Below, in pieces: positions 1-12,314 of a DNA stretch of 64,000 bases. A program made the position numbers and the translations under genes. This DNA comes from Octopus sinensis (Eukaryota), in NCBI RefSeq assembly GCF_006345805.1, contig NC_043004.1, forward strand, positions 51,336,001-51,400,000, written 5' to 3'. How positions within the stretch are numbered: position 1 is the stretch's first letter; the number at the start of each line of letters is the position of its first letter. Under the pieces are notes generated by a model. It did not search any database. It saw only the letters and a list, made by a program, of their open reading frames with translations, and was not told the DNA's origin.

Positions 1-236
1 GTGTATGTATGTGCCCGTGTATTTGTGTGTCTTTGTTTGTCCCCTCCACCATCCTTTGACAACCAATGCTGGTGTGTTTATGTTGCCATAACTTAGTAGT
101 TCGGCAAAAGAGACTGATAGAATAAGTACTAGGCTTACAAAGAATGAGTCCTGGGGTTGATTTGTTTGACTAAAGGTGGTGCTCCAGCATGGCCGCAGTC
201 AAATGTCTGAATCAAATAAAAGAGTAAAAGAGTATA
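1..236 (+). mobile_element. SINE family A (tRNA-derived, ~400 bp), 3' half, cut by window edge
   Basis: Matches the 3' body and aagagta tail of the full copies at 42968 and 55697. Confidence 0.85.
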
Positions 237-258
237 TATATATATATGTATGTACATA

Positions 259-1110
259 CTAGCTGACGTACCCTGTAATTCCCAGGAAAGCAGGGCATAT
301 CCCTTGGTTCCGTTCTCATAATTGTTTCGCTAATCCAATAACAACAATACAAAGTATGTAACCCTTAAAACGAATTTTGTGCATTTACAGAGAATACCAA
401 ACTGTCTTACACAGGATCTTGTTTCTAGGAACTCCCAATAAGTTATGAATATCCAAATTGTGAAGTCAGTTATGTAATAACATGAAACTATTTACCTGAT
501 ATTAAAAATCCAAATAAAGTGGTCCCATAAAGGACTTTAATGCATTCCCAGAGTATATAGAACATAGGAGCAAATACTAATAAGGTATGTATACTGAAAT
601 TGTGAAGTATGTTATGTAATAACAGGGTAATCACATATGAGATAATAAAAATTCAAAGTGAATAGCTCTGAAAAGGGCTTTTGTGCATTCCCAGAGAATA
701 TTACCCTCAGAGGTGCTAGTGTTGGTATATGCATGAATAAATCACTAACCAAAATAAGTGGATCTATTGTTTAGGAAAATACTATTCACTTGTTTAAGGG
801 TTGTACTGGATAAATTGCGAAATTAACTCTAACAGTTCAAATACTAAGAAATAAACACTCAGTTTCATTTTTACCAAATAATTTAGGAAAATTAATGGTT
901 ATTTCCCTTGGCTATATATAAAGATCCCTTCCAGGGGCCCTATTGTTGATATTTTTCAACAATCTGAGTATGCCATGAGGTTTCCAGACATGAGTTCTAC
1001 TCATGTATCAAGTTTCATCAAAGTCGATAAAACAATGTAGGAGGAGTTAGCGAACAACCCCACAAACACAACCACAGACAAAATTTCCCACATATGTCAT
1101 TTATATATAT
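259..1110 (-). mobile_element. Non-autonomous Helitron-like element (family H1)
   Basis: Minus-strand 3' end CTAG|T (plus 258-262) next to a CCCTG...CAGGG hairpin; 5' end runs into (TA)n; homologous to 24455-25154. Confidence 0.6.
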
Positions 1111-1123
1111 ATATATATATATA

Positions 1124-2314
1124 TACAAAATAAGAAAATGGAGAAATACATCTAAATCAAATATCAATTACCAGATAATACTCAATCACATACTTTATTA
1201 AACCACCACATAAGAGACCATAGGGTTAAACATAAAAAAGTAGAACAAAACAGTGTACATAAAGGAATGTACATAAAAAAGTGTACATAAAAGAGTAATG
1301 TTATACAATAAGTAGAATATATATAAGAGAATATAAATATAAGTAAATATAAATATAAATATAGATTACATCTTACAGCTGTTTCGGCCATGTAGATAAG
1401 TATGTCTCATTTTACTAATATTAGCCTTTTATGGTAGGTCAATATGTAGTTATAAATGAGACATTTACAAAAATATCATAAGGCCTCTTCGGAGATTATG
1501 TGATATAAATCAGTCTACATATATACCCATATGGGTGTGGGTACATACCCATAATACAACATATACATATACATATGAGTGCATATACTCACACTCCTAT
1601 ACATATAAATATATACATATACATAATGATATAAATAATATAAATTAGTAAACATACATATGTTCCACATTCAATGTTACAATTTTTCAACTTAATATTG
1701 TGATAATAAACATAAACATATTAGTACCTAAATGCAGATATACAGAGTCAATAGTACATTATATTAATTCCTACTAATTTCTAAAGTGTCATTAAAGTTA
1801 GCATCATTATCGTTGTCAATACCATTAATGCTACCAATATCATCATTCATATTATTATTAATAACGCTTACATTAGGATCCATAGTTGCACATATGTACG
1901 TCCGGGTTCAAGTTTGTAATTTTCCTTGTAGACTGATTTATATCACATAATCTCCGAAGAGACCTTATGATATTTTTGTAAATGTCTCATTTATAACTAC
2001 ATATGACCTACCATAAAAGGCTAATTAGTAAAATGAGACATACTTATCTACATGGCGAAACAGCTGTAAGATGTAATCTATATTTAATTTATATTTACTT
2101 ATTTTATATTCTCTTATATATATTCTGCTTATTGTATAACATTACTCTTTATGTACATTTTTTTTGTACATTCCTTTATGTACACTGTTTTGTTCTACTT
2201 TTTTATGTTTAACCCTATAGTCTCTTATGTGGTGGTTTAATAAAGTATGTGATTAAGTATTATCTGGTAATTGATATTTGATTTAGATGTATTTCTCCAT
2301 TTTCTTATTTTGTA
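1124..2314. repeat. Inverted repeat with ~390-bp arms (1124-1519 / 1927-2314), Penelope-like inverted terminal repeat
   Basis: Arms are reverse complements around a ~400-bp spacer, and each carries a hammerhead-like motif. The Penelope label is inferred from this architecture. Confidence 0.75.
1370..1496 (-). ncRNA. Type I hammerhead ribozyme-like motif (U4C core variant, ~92-nt loop II)
   Basis: ATCT-CCGAAGA-GGCC...GGCC-GAAA-CAGCTG-TA-AGAT: stem I ATCT/AGAT, stem II GGCC/GGCC, palindromic stem III, GUA site. A degenerate mirror copy is at 1950-2072 (+). Confidence 0.45.
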
Positions 2315-2485
2315 TTAGGAATTTGTGGTAAATTTTTTACCTTTGCCCATATAATACAGTAAATGAATTGATTGCAACGCAATCCTTAACATTTATGTAT
2401 TAACTTTGTTGGGTACTTCACTAGCAGTATATTGGATATATGTTATCCCATGGAGGGTTGCATTTACAAACCCTATCTCAATTTG

Positions 2486-2516
<31 letters not shown>

Positions 2517-2799
2517 CACACACACACACACACATATGCATATCTATATTATATTTATGTATCTATCTGTCCATGTGTGTGTGTATGTGTGTTACACTAA
2601 CCCATACAGTTGGGGATGATGCTCACATTAATGTGAAGTATAGCCTCTCTTGGACTCATAACTTTTCATATCAGACCACATTTTGAAGATTGTGTTTTTG
2701 CAATTCAAGAACAACTTATAGACTATAATATACATAATGAACAAAAGAGAAGCGATTAAAACTGTCAATTATATCACATTACTGTGCAAGGTGTTATAC

Positions 2800-2904
2800 T
2801 TGCGATCAGCAGCTACTCCAAATATGTCATCAAGGTACTTCCTTCCAATGTGGTATAAATTTGTTGCTAAAACAATACACAAAGCCATCTGCAAGAAAGA
2901 CTGC
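2800..2904 (-). CDS. Candidate host exon, unknown product (QSFLQMALCIVLATNLYHIGRKYLDDIFGVAADR)
   Basis: Acceptor ttatcccaag; open frame; possible donors GTATAA (2799) or GTAATG (2782); in phase with 3080-3108. No homology recognised. Confidence 0.3.
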
Positions 2905-3079
2905 CTTGGGATAAATATAGACAATCTCTGTTATTGAATGCATACATACATATCAACACAAAGAATAGTGATAGAACATACTTATGGTAACTTTCACTAA
3001 GTGTAAACATAAAAGGCTTCATATAGTTGTGTTTAGGACAGGAAAGAAAAAAATAAGTACAGTCATAGAGGACAGTTAC

Positions 3080-3108
3080 CCAGCAGATGTGAACACCTCT
3101 TTCAAATT
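3080..3108 (-). CDS. Candidate 29-nt host exon (NLKEVFTSAG)
   Basis: Acceptor cccctccttgcag and donor GTAACT; phase fits the neighbouring candidates. Confidence 0.25.
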
Positions 3109-3333
3109 CTGCAAGGAGGGGAATATCTATAGATAACTGCTTCAAAATACACAGCTTTACAATTCAGTTTATAAATTTATATTTAATGGTTGTAGTTTGG
3201 AAGACATGTGTTAGCTATTCAGAAACACACAAAGATTGTTAATTTTTACTTAAATGTCTATTACTTGTTATTTGATGTTAAAATTTAAGATAAAACATAA
3301 AAGATAGCAGAGGATGAGGGAAATAACATTATA

Positions 3334-3535
3334 TGATGGTGTGCTGAAAAGTTCTTGGTTTTAAGGGTACCGCAAAAGGCCTGATTGGAGTTCTTTTACA
3401 GGGCATAGAGAAACTGAGGGACCACTGCAATAAGTGTGTGAATCTGAGAGGGGAGTATGTTGAATAAAATCATAATTAACTGAACCTCCTGTATTTTCTA
3501 TTACCTAAGGTCAGGAACTTTTCAGTACCGCCTCA
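3334..3535 (+). mobile_element. Internally deleted mariner element
   Basis: TIR-like ends tgatggtgtgctgaaaagttc / gaacttttcagtaccgcctca with flanking TA; encodes a mariner C-terminus FLQGIEKLRDHCNKCVNLRGEYVE*. Confidence 0.75.
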
Positions 3536-3789
3536 TACAAAAGCTCCTTTAACAAGATATTAAATCCTTTTAGTGTAAAATCTGGACTGAAAAGAAGGAT
3601 TGAAATGTTTGATTTAGCATCACAGCTAAAAATATAAACATGAAGGAATATTCTATTATAACTAACAGTAGCAACAACTTTGTGAAACTTTCACGAAAGC
3701 TGTGGGAAAGAGACATAAAAGGAAGGTGCCTGGGAGGGAGATCTAATAGCTAGATAAAAGAGTAATGAACCCCTTTGGTCATGAATGGC

Positions 3790-4005
3790 CATGGGATTGT
3801 ACCTAGAAAGTTCCCCTCCAAGGCACAAGTCTGGGCAAAGTTGTTTATGGAAAACCAGTAGTCATCGCAACCCACTTCTACAGCTGAGTGAACTGGAGCA
3901 ACGTGAAACAAAGTGTCTTGCTCAGATGACAACACAGCCCAGTCCAGAAACTGAACTCATTACCTCATGATTGTGAGTCCAATGTCTAACCACTGAGCCA
4001 TGTGC
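3790..4005 (-). mobile_element. SINE family C, diverged and internally deleted
   Basis: Reverse-complement similarity to 5006-5335. Confidence 0.7.
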
Positions 4006-4017
4006 CTTCTTTACAGC

Positions 4018-4082
4018 AGCAGTTCCCGATCATTTTTTGCACCATAGACTGGTTCCATGCTAGACAATTTTTCCACAGGGGA
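4018..4082 (+). mobile_element. hAT/Charlie-like MITE end fragment
   Basis: cagcagttcccgatcattttttgcacc...gacaatttttccac resembles Charlie-type termini (from memory). Confidence 0.35.
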
Positions 4083-4467
4083 CCACATACAAAACACAAT
4101 AAAGTGACTAAGTGTTTAGGGTGTTGCATTTATGCTTGTTAGATTGTGAGTTTGATTCCTGGACTGGGCAGTGTGAACAAAACACATCATTTCACGTTGC
4201 TCTGTGGATGGGAGAATGGCAGAATCATTGGCACATTGACAGAAATTCTTTAAGGTATAAATTCCAGTTCTCTACATTCGGAGTTCAAATTCCACCTGCA
4301 AGTATTCATCTAGACAAAGATCTACTAAAGGCAGCAAGGGAGGGAACAGGTCCTTCCAGGTCATATAGAGAGTGTTGGAGAAGATTCATATGCACTGGAC
4401 CTGTCTAAGGACAGATCACTGCTAAATTTGAGTAGATTGCATCTATATTACACATACATAGATGTAC

Positions 4468-4857
4468 GTATGGCTGAGTGGTTAGAGGCTTGCTTTCCAA
4501 ACACATGGTTCCAGGTTCAGTCCCATTGCATGGTATCTTGGGCAAGTGTCTCCTACTATAACCTCAGGCCAACCAAAGCCTTGTGAGTGGAGTTGGTAGA
4601 TGGAAAGTGAAAGAAGCCTGCTATATAAATGTGTGTGTGTGTGTCTCTTTATGTATGCGTTTGTCTTCCACCACAGCCTGACAACCTGTGTTGGCATATT
4701 TGCTGAACTTAACAGTTCAGCAAAAGGGACCAATAGAATAAGTACCTGGCTTTACAAAAGAAATATTAAGTACCAGGGTTGATTCATTCAACTAAAATTC
4801 CTTAAGGTGGTTTCTTTAGCGTGGCTGCTGTCTAATGAGTGAAACAAGCAAAAAATA
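4468..4857 (+). mobile_element. SINE family A, diverged
   Basis: A-box TGGCTGAGTGG, B-box-like GGTTCAGTCC, family A body. Confidence 0.8.
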
Positions 4858-5005
4858 CAATACATATGCAATGCAAAAACATCCTGGAGACTACAATAGA
4901 CAATAAAATAGATAAAGTTTAGCATTTTATTGTTTCTATGCAGTCTGACACTGAATGACCCATAGCCTGGTGGTTGGAAACACCTTTTCTATAGAATACA
5001 AATGA

Positions 5006-5335
5006 AGGCGCATGGCTCAGTGGTTAGAGCATCGAGCTTACGATTGTGAGGTTGTGAGCTCGAATCCTGGACCGGGCTGCATGTTGTGTTCTTGAGCAAG
5101 ACACTTTATTTCACGTTGCTCCAGTTCACTCAGCTGTAGAAATGAGTTGCGACGTCACAAGTGCCAAGCTGTATCGGCTGCTGTCTTTCCCTTGGATAAC
5201 ACTGGTGGAGAGGGGAGGCCGGTATGCATGGGCGACTGCTGGTCTTCCATAAACAACCTTGCCTGGACTTGTGCCTGGGAGGGTAACTTTCTAGGTGCAA
5301 TCCCATGGTCTGTGTCGTGACCGAAGGGGGTCTCA
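5006..5335 (+). mobile_element. SINE family C (tRNA-derived), near full length
   Basis: tRNA-like head ggcgcatggctcagtggttagagc...gctcgaatcc followed by a non-tRNA body shared with 3790 and 12315. Confidence 0.8.
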
Positions 5336-5573
5336 TAGAATACAACTTATATCAGACAAATGTCTCCCAAACAAAAATAACACTTTACAATCTTAACCAT
5401 TTCCCTGCCCAAAGCATTTCCATAAGTTTGTCCTAAATATCCATGTTTGTTTTCACACTTTTAGTTAACCCTCATTTCATACGTTCTGAGTAGTGTAAAG
5501 CTTTCTTTTCATAAATCCAAAATTATTCTGGTAGTTGAAAAACAATTATTGGGAATGTATATCATGTCTGATG

Positions 5574-5975
5574 TACTCTTTTACTCTTTTACTTGTTTCA
5601 GTCATTTGACTGCGGCCATGCTGGAGCACCGCCTTTAATCGAGCAACTTGACCCCGGGACTTATTCTTTTGTAAGCCCAGTACTTATTCTATCAGTCTCG
5701 TTTGCCAAACCGCTAAGTAACGGGGACGTAAACACACCAGCATCGGTTGTCAAGCAATGCTAGGGGGACAAACACAGACACACAAACATACAGACACACA
5801 CATATATATATACATATATACGATGGGCTTCTTTCAATTTCCGTCTACCAAATCCACTCACAAGGCATTGGTCGGCCCGGGGCTATAGCAGAAGACACTT
5901 GCCACGCAGTGGGACTGAACCCCGAACCATGTGGTTGGTTAGCAAGCTACTTACCACACAGCCACTCCTGCGTCT
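5574..5975 (-). mobile_element. SINE family A
   Basis: Full-length match to family A. Confidence 0.9.
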
Positions 5976-6578
5976 ATATATGGACATTATGGACATTATG
6001 GAAATATGTTCTATGATTTTCATGTGATACACAGGACAGGAGAAGGGTTAAAATAGACAACAGATATCGTGTAGTATCGTTTGAGGTAGGTGTCTATGAC
6101 TGAAAAATAAGAATACACAATGTAGCTGAAAGTGGGAACAATTTTAACCATTTTCCTACCCAAAGTATTTCCATAAGTTCGTCCTAAATGTCCATGTTTG
6201 TGTTCAGACTTTTAGTTACTCCTCATTTCATATGTTCTGAGTAATGTAAAGCTTGGGAATTAATGTTTATCACCACATTAATATATCTTTTCAGTAGGGA
6301 TCGACATTACTACCTTTTTTTAACCCCAGGAGGAGCCTCCTTCAACTGGCTATCGATGCAATTTACACCCAATATATATTGCAAGCAGGGGAGTGAACCC
6401 CTATCATCTTCTGGCAGACAATAGGATCACCCGACCACATGGTTTCAGTGTATTTGGGAATATATGTCATATCCGACATCATGGAAATATGTTGTGATTT
6501 ACATATGATACACAAGGACAAGCATAGGATTAAAAGAGACAACTCATATTGTGTAGTGTAGTTTGAGGTAAGGCTACT

Positions 6579-6964
6579 ATATTCTTTTATTCTTTTACTT
6601 GTTTCAGTCATTTGACTGCGGCCATGCTGGAGCACCGCCTCCAGTCAAGCAAATCGACCCTGGGACTTATTCTTTGTAAGCCCAGTACTTATTCTATCGG
6701 TCTCTTTTGCCGAACCGCTAAGTGACGGGGACATAAACACACCAGCATCGGTTGTCAAGCAATGCTAGGGGGACAAACACAGACACACACACATATATAC
6801 ATATATACGACAAGCTTCTTTCAGTTTTCGTCTACCAAATCCACTCACAAGGCATTGGTTGGCCCGGGGCTATAGCAGAAGACACTTGCCCAAGATGCCA
6901 CGCAGTGGGACTGAGCTCGGAACCATGTGGCTGGTTAGCAAGCTACTTACCACACAGCCACTCC
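6579..6964 (-). mobile_element. SINE family A
   Basis: Full-length match to family A. Confidence 0.9.
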
Positions 6965-7070
6965 TATGACTGAAAAATAAGAAATTGCTGTGGCTGAAAG
7001 TGGGGAACACTGTTGAATCAAGGATGATTTGAGTGGTGGGGTCTGAGCAACAAGAATACTACCCAACTGA

Positions 7071-7547
7071 AGGTGGCGGGCTGGCAGAAACGTCAGCATG
7101 CCGGGTGAAATGCTTAGCGGTAATTCGTCTGCCGCTACGTTCAAATTCTACCAAGGTCGACTTTGTCTTTCATCCTTTCAGGGTCAATTAAATAAGTACC
7201 AATTTCTTTATTACCCACAAGGGGCTAAACATAGAGGGGACAAACAAGGACAGACATAGGTATTAAGTCGATTACATTGACCCCAGTGCGTAACTGGTAC
7301 TTAATTCATCGACCCCGAAAGGATGAAAGGCAAAGTCGACCTCAGCGGAATTTGAACTCACAATGTAACGGCAGACGAAATACCGCTAAGCATTTCGCCC
7401 GGTGTGCTAACGTTTCTGCCAGCTCACCGCCTAAATTAGTAAAATAAGTACCAGTTACGCACTGGGGTCGATATAATCGACTTCATCCATTTGTCTCTCC
7501 TTGTTTGTCCCCTCTGTGTGTAGCCCCTTTTGGGCAGTAAAGAAATA
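7071..7547. mobile_element. SINE family B (+) interrupted by a second family B copy (-, ~7203-7432)
   Basis: Plus copy is split at aaataagtacca, which is repeated on both sides of the inverted insert. The central motif gcctttcatcctttcggggtcgattaaataagtacc resembles Meta/Sauria-type SINE central domains (from memory, unverified). Confidence 0.8.
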
Positions 7548-8080
7548 AGAAGACTACTAACCCCATCATCATTATTGTTATCAACACCACCACTGCCACC
7601 ACTACAACCACTACTACAACTGCCACCGCCATCACAATCACAATCACAACCACAACAAGAACCACCACTACTACCAATACCAACACAACTGCCACTACTA
7701 CAACTGGCTAACATCATCACTATTACCACTACTGTCACCATCACCACCACTGCAACCACAATCACAACCACCACCACCTCCACAACAACAACAACACCAC
7801 CACCACTACTACTACCACTACCATTACCACCACTACAAGCACAACTACGATCACAACCACACTGCAACAGCAACAACAATAATCACTACCACCACCACCA
7901 CCACCAATACCACAACTACTACAGCCAGCACCATCATCACTGCCACAGCTACTATCACCATCACCAGCACAACCACAGCCTCAACCACAACCACCACCAC
8001 CACCTCCACCTCCACAACAACCACTACCAACACCATCCCTACCACCACCACCACTACTACCGCCTCTACCACTGCCATTT
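7548..8080 (+). repeat. Compound (CAC/CAA/TAC)n low-complexity tract
   Basis: Degenerate trinucleotide repeats read directly. Confidence 0.9.
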
Positions 8081-8159
8081 CTAGCATGAAAAGAGACAAA
8101 GAGTTTCTACAAACAAAGGAACAGATAAAAACAAAGGATTCTCTCATTTAGAGAGTAAA

Positions 8160-8521
8160 CCGGGTGGGGGTAGGGTGGAGGTTTGGGGAAATGGAGGGAG
8201 GAAAATTAACAAGAGGAATAGGAAGAGGAAATGGTAGTGGTGGGGGGAGAAGTAAAGGTGGGGTGAGGTGGGGTGACGGTGGTAGTGGGTGGGGTGATGG
8301 TGGTTGTGGGTGTGGTGTTGGTGAAGTGAATGTAGTAGTGGTGGTCCTATGGGTGGTGATGGTGGTGGTGGTAGTGGTGGTACGGGTGGGGGGGTTGTGG
8401 GGGTGTTGGGGATGCAGAGGTGCTGGTGGTAGTGGTGATGGTGATTGTAGAGGAGGTTGTTGTGGTGGTGCTTGTTGTGGGGTGGGTGTGTGGTGGTGGT
8501 GGTAGTGATAGTAGTAGTAGT

Positions 8522-8559
<38 letters not shown>

Positions 8560-8830
8560 TAGTAGTAATGGAGTGGGGATGAAGGTGGAAATGGTGGAAG
8601 GGAGTGATAGTGGTAGTGGTTGTGGTTATCACGGTGGTGATGGTGTTGTTGTTGTTGGTGGTGGTGATGGTGATGGTGGTGATTGTGATGATGGTAGTGG
8701 TGGTGATTGTGGTTATGGTGGTGGTGGTGGTGGTGGTGGTGGTGGTGGTGGTGATGGTGGTGATTGTGATTGTGGTTGCAATGGTGGTGGAGGTGTTGGA
8801 GGGAGTGGCTGTGGAGGTGGTAGTCATTGG
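8160..8830 (+). repeat. G-rich (GTG/TAG/CAG)n low-complexity tract
   Basis: Degenerate trinucleotide repeats and GGG runs read directly. Confidence 0.9.
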
Positions 8831-9035
8831 TGTATACAATAACTCAACACACAACACACATTCTACACATAACACTCTCCAGAACACTGCACAGGAAACT
8901 AACAACATGTGAACCTTAAGCTTCTGCATGGTCGTTCGATCAGCTAGAGATAGCAACCAAATTCCCTTAAATCATACACCCTGCCTCCTTAATAAAAGGG
9001 AACAGAGGGACACATTGTAAAATGTAATCCTAGAT

Positions 9036-9160
9036 CAGGCATGGGCAAACTTTTTCGAGAAATGGGTCACATGAGATATGGCTTATCATCAAGTGGGCCA
9101 CACATCTAAAGCAATATTCAAGGTTAACTTTGCATTAGGTGTACCATTCGGAGAATTGTG
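9036..9160 (+). mobile_element. hAT-like element 5' end fragment
   Basis: CAGGCATGGGCAAAC start directly after a cctagat-type target. Confidence 0.35.
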
Positions 9161-9352
9161 TAGGCCACAACATGCTTATGACTGTCCCGGATATATGCTG
9201 AATGATTAGATCTGAAACAGCATAACATATTTGGTATTAGGGTCTGCTAAGTCAGGACTGACCTAGGGTTAAACAACAACAACAACAACAACAACAACAG
9301 CAGCAGCAGCAGCAGCAGCAACAACAACAACAACAACTTACACAAACACTCA

Positions 9353-9745
9353 CAGGTATGGATGTGTGGTAAGAAGCTTGCTTTCCAATCACATGGTTCC
9401 AGGTTCAGTCCTACTGCATGGTACCTTGGGCAAGTGTCTTCTACTATAGCCTCGGATCGACCAAAGCCTTGTGAGTGGATTTGGTTGATGGAAACTGAAA
9501 GAAGCCCGTCGTATATGTGTGTCTTTGTGTCTGTGTTTGTCCCCCAAACACCACCACTTGACAACTGGTATTGATATGTTTGTGTCCTGTAACTTAGCAG
9601 TTTGGCAACAGAGACTGATAGAGTAAGTACCACACTAAAAAAAAAAAAGTACCCCGGTTAATTCAATTCACTTGGCTAAAAATTCCTCAAGGCGGTGCCC
9701 CAGCATGGCCGCAGTCTAATGGCTGAAACAAGTAAAAGGTAAAAA
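9353..9745 (+). mobile_element. SINE family A, diverged
   Basis: Family A head and body. Confidence 0.8.
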
Positions 9746-10084
9746 AACAAAAGCTAACTATTAAGTGGTGGTGTTGTGAGGAGAAGGTGTTGGTTATTTT
9801 ATGATTGTTGTTGTTGTTGTTGCTTCTGTAGTTGTTCATGATTTAAATAGTATTGATGCTGTTATTATTGATGATGATGTTATTGCAGCTGCTGCTGCTG
9901 ATGATGATGGTAACGATCTTGTCAATAGTGATGATATTGTTACTGTTGCTGTTGTTGTTAATGGTGATACTGTTGTTGTTATTGCTTGTTGTTGTCAATA
10001 TCGTTGCTTTTGTGATTGTTGTTGTAGATGCTGTCGTTATTTTCAACATTATTGTTACTGTTGTTATTGTTAAGGCTGTTGAAG

Positions 10085-10235
10085 CTGGCAGAATTGTTAG
10101 CACACCGGGCGGGCAAAATGCTTAGTGGCATTTTGCCCATCTTTATGTTCTGAGTTCAAATTCTACTGAGGTTGATTTTGCCTCTCATCCTTTTGGGATC
10201 AATAAAGTAAGTACCAGTTGGGCAACGGGGTTGAT
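10085..10235 (+). mobile_element. SINE family B, diverged fragment
   Basis: gctggcagaattgttagcacaccgggc...catccttttggg...aagtaccag. Confidence 0.65.
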
Positions 10236-10304
10236 TTAATCAATTTACCCTCCCATAAAACTGTTGGCTTTGTGCTGAGATTTGAAACCTTTATTATTGT
10301 TGTA

Positions 10305-10450
10305 TGGATGAGGACAGCTATGTTAAGAAGTGCCGAACTCTGATTGTGGAAGGAAGATGTGGGATGAAGTGATGAGAAAGGATCCGATGTTGGCCCTCAC
10401 TGAGGAAATGACAAGAAACCGAGAGATGTGACAATTTGCTGTACTTGATA
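10305..10450 (+). mobile_element. RTE-type LINE 3' coding fragment
   Basis: Translates MDEDSYVKKCRTLIVEG...WDEV.RKD...LTEEMTRNRE, resembling the RTE ORF C-terminus. Confidence 0.5.
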
Positions 10451-10459
10451 AGACATCAA

Positions 10460-10666
10460 CTCTCTTTTACTCTTTACTTGTTTCAGTTATTTGACCATGG
10501 CCATGCTGGAGCACCGCCTTTAGTCAAGCAAATCGACCCCAGGACTTATTCTTTGGAAGCCTAGTGCTTATTCTATCGGTCTCTTTTGCCGAACCGCTAA
10601 GTAACGCGAACGTAAACACACCGTCGGTTGTCAGGCAATGTTGGGGAGACAAACACAGGCACACAA

Positions 10667-10707
<41 letters not shown>

Positions 10708-10870
10708 TACGACGGGCTTCTCTCAGTTTCTGTCTACCAAATCCACTCACAAGGCTTTGGTCGGCCCGAGGCTATAGCAGAAGACACTTGCCTAAGGTGC
10801 CATGCAGTGGAAATGAACCTGGAACCATGTGGTTGGTAAGCAAGCTACTTACCACACAGCCACTCCTGCA
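10460..10870 (-). mobile_element. SINE family A
   Basis: Full-length match to family A. Confidence 0.88.
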
Positions 10871-10899
10871 CCTATCAAGCTAAGCAAAATCACTGTCTT

Positions 10900-11200
10900 C
10901 CAATCATACAGGCTTGTCCTTTCAGGTGCTGGTGCTACATAAAAATCACCTGTGCCAGTAAATGCACCCATGATGCAAGTGCTGTGTAAATGCACCAGTG
11001 GCACATAAAAAAGCACCCACCACACTCTGTTAAGCAATTGGCATTAGGAAGGGCATCCAGTCACAGAAACCATGCCACAACAGACAATTGGAGTCTGGAC
11101 AGCTCCCAGCTGGCTAGCTCCAGGTCAAACTGTCCATCCTATGCCAGCATGGAAAGTAGACGCTAAATGATTATGATGATGATGATGGTGATGATGATGT
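10900..11200 (+). mobile_element. Family D retroposon with RTE-like 3' tail and (ATG)n end
   Basis: ttggcattaggaagggcatccag motif and tgatgatg tail, shared with 11975, 18431 and 19905. Confidence 0.7.
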
Positions 11201-11974
11201 TTATTTTGTAGACTCCAAAGCAACCCACGTCAAGCAAATATGCAATCAAAGGCTTTGACCATCCCAAAGTATATTTGTATGGAAGGAGGTGGTTTTGTGT
11301 ACCTTTATTCAATGCAAAAGAAAGATTGTTAGGAGTGATTTCACCCTTTAGCATTCAGATTACTCTGTCAAATGAAGTGCTTATTTATTCACATTGTTTT
11401 GAATTTATCATGCATTATCTGTTAGTTTCAAGAATTTGATGATGTAATTGTTTATTTTCAGAGTGGCATTGTAGAGTTGGTGGGAGAGGCTGAATCTAAC
11501 CAGTTTGAACATAAAACAAATAGAAATTTGAACTACATCTGGCCCAAACACTAAAGGGATCTGGCTGCTAATTTTAGTAGGTCGAGTGGACCATATACAG
11601 GCTTCTTTGATGAGAGAGAGAGAGAGAGAAAGAGAAAGAGGTGAGGGTATTACAAAGTCTAGACTATCTGTGTACTCCCACTGAAGTCCACTCTATACTG
11701 TGGAGATGAGTAAGGGTACCCACAACTTCATTTATGTTCAGAAGGCAAGTATGTGGGAGAGAGGAAGTCAATAAAAGAACAATAAATAAAAGGTTTCAGT
11801 TAATAGGCAGTTTACAGCTGTAAAAAGTGAAAGTAAAAGTAAATTGTTCAAAAGCATGGAAGTAAATTGCAGTAGAAACTGGAACTGATGACATTGACAA
11901 ACCAAAATTTCATAAAATGAACAAAGAGAACTACCTTCATTATACCATGTCCACGGGCACCTAAATGTATCATC

Positions 11975-12300
11975 ATCATCATCATCCTTTAGCGTCCGCT
12001 CTCCATGCTAGCATGGGTTGGACGGTTCAACTGGGGACTGCGAAGCCGGAAAGTTGCATCAGGCCCAGTCTGATCTGGCAGTGTTTCTACGGCTGGATGC
12101 CCTTCCTAACGCCAACCAATCCGTGAGTGTCTTGGGTGCTTTTTACGTGCCACCGGCACAGGGGCCAGGCGAGGCTGACAACGGACACGAACGGATGGTG
12201 CTTTTATGTGCCACCGGCACGGATGCCAGATGGGGCGGCGCCGGCAATGGCCACGATCGGATGGTTCGCTTAATCACAGCTGCAATTTCCACTGATAGCA
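11975..12300 (-). mobile_element. Family D retroposon
   Basis: (CAT)n tail and ctggatgcccttcctaacgccaacc motif. Confidence 0.75.
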
Positions 12301-12314
12301 AAATAAAAGGGTAA

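Noticed and set aside
2820-2850. KYLDDIF as a reverse transcriptase YxDD motif
   Set aside because: No upstream RT motifs at the correct spacing and no flanking retroelement sequence; kept only as a host-exon candidate.
5006-5075. tRNA-like sequences at SINE heads
   Set aside because: They have A/B boxes but no complete cloverleaf and continue into SINE bodies. Only 31465-31538 folds as a full tRNA.
5747-6016. Recurrent MSSNARGTNTD... ORFs (also 6752, 38718, 48509)
   Set aside because: Antisense translations of SINE family A.
7436-8956. ORFs up to 270 aa rich in T, H, V and G (mucin- or His-rich look)
   Set aside because: Degenerate trinucleotide tracts open in most frames, with no splice or domain evidence.
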